Below, piece by piece: positions 63,261 through 64,000 of a stretch of DNA of 64,000 nt (within the stretch, counting starts at the first letter, position 1; each line of letters opens with the position of its first letter). The notes under the pieces are model-generated. The model had not been told where the DNA came from, did no database searches, and saw only the letters and a program-made list of their open reading frames with translations. The position numbers were made by a program, and so were the translations under genes. This DNA comes from Mobula hypostoma (Eukaryota): positions 88,414,001 through 88,478,000 of the forward strand of contig NC_086097.1 in the NCBI RefSeq assembly GCF_963921235.1, read 5' to 3'.

Positions 63261-64000
63261 CATATTCATTTAAGGGGAAAGAAATCAAATTAGTTTTCAG
63301 AAAATGTAGGGAAGGAATGGATAGGACAGAGGGTATATCTCTGGAATAGTGATACCAGGGTTGCTATGGAGATGAGCTGCGGAGGTCATCCAGTTGATGA
63401 GTTAGTAAGGAGAGTGACAGAGACAGAGAACAAATTGAATAAAATCCATGAGGTAAGTTCAGTTAAAAAGTAAGAATATAAATAAAGGAATCTAGAAAGC
63501 TGTGAAATGCAAGATGAGAGATTCGTTTGTTAGGTTAGGTTACTCTGTCACTCCAAACGATACTGGGCATGTGTAAGAGCAATCTGCTAGTCTTCTGCTC
63601 TGCTCTGCCCTGGTCACTCTCAGAATTTCCCAGTCTAATTACCCCTTCAGTGGAACACAAGATTAGGAATTATCTTTACTCTGCAGTGGGACTCGTGCCA
63701 AATGCAAAGTGTTGATAAACTCCTGGACAAACCTGGTCAAATTTCCCCAGAGATATGAAACTATACTGAGCTGGTCATCAGCATATCTCACTCTGGGTAA
63801 TGCTGAGAAAGTTAAAGTGTTCCATGATGGAAAGTCCAGGCCTAAAGTTTAAAGCATGTGAACTTTGTTGTTGATTTTAATATTTCATCTTGAAGAAGCA
63901 ATAGGGTGGGCATTGACTCAGACAACAGGCACATTGCCAAGTCTAGATATTGAAAGAGAGTGTGTATGCCTGAGGTTACTTTAAAATGGATTTTTGCCAG

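Overview
Vertebrate non-coding DNA, either a large intron or intergenic, AT-rich and packed with retroelements. The repeat repertoire (CR1 with an SGNH-esterase ORF1, Rex1/Babar, V-SINE/HE1-like tRNA SINEs, Penelope pLTRs, a 30-bp GTACTGAGGGAG minisatellite) points to a cartilaginous fish, probably a ray; that assignment is inference. I recognise no host protein-coding gene, and every recognisable ORF comes from a transposon. Main elements: (1) a young L1-clade copy with a twin-priming-type 5' inversion (1-3310); (2) a truncated Gypsy LTR element (about 6209-8240); (3) many CR1 copies, one near full length (24901-28675); (4) Rex1/Babar copies; (5) two RTE-type LINE pieces and a Bov-A-like RTE-derived short element; (6) Tc1, hAT and possible Tigger remnants; (7) about ten Penelope-derived pieces. 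The most interesting signal is in the Penelope pieces. Their consensus CAGTC-CTGAYGA-A-GGGTCTCGGCCC-GAAAC-GTC-GACTG folds as a minimal type I hammerhead ribozyme. It occurs in a GIY-YIG-bearing copy, in a 96-bp stand-alone insertion with a TSD, and in short foldback elements. A few unassigned minus-strand exon candidates are also noted. Family calls come from motif recognition by eye, and boundaries are approximate unless a TSD is quoted.
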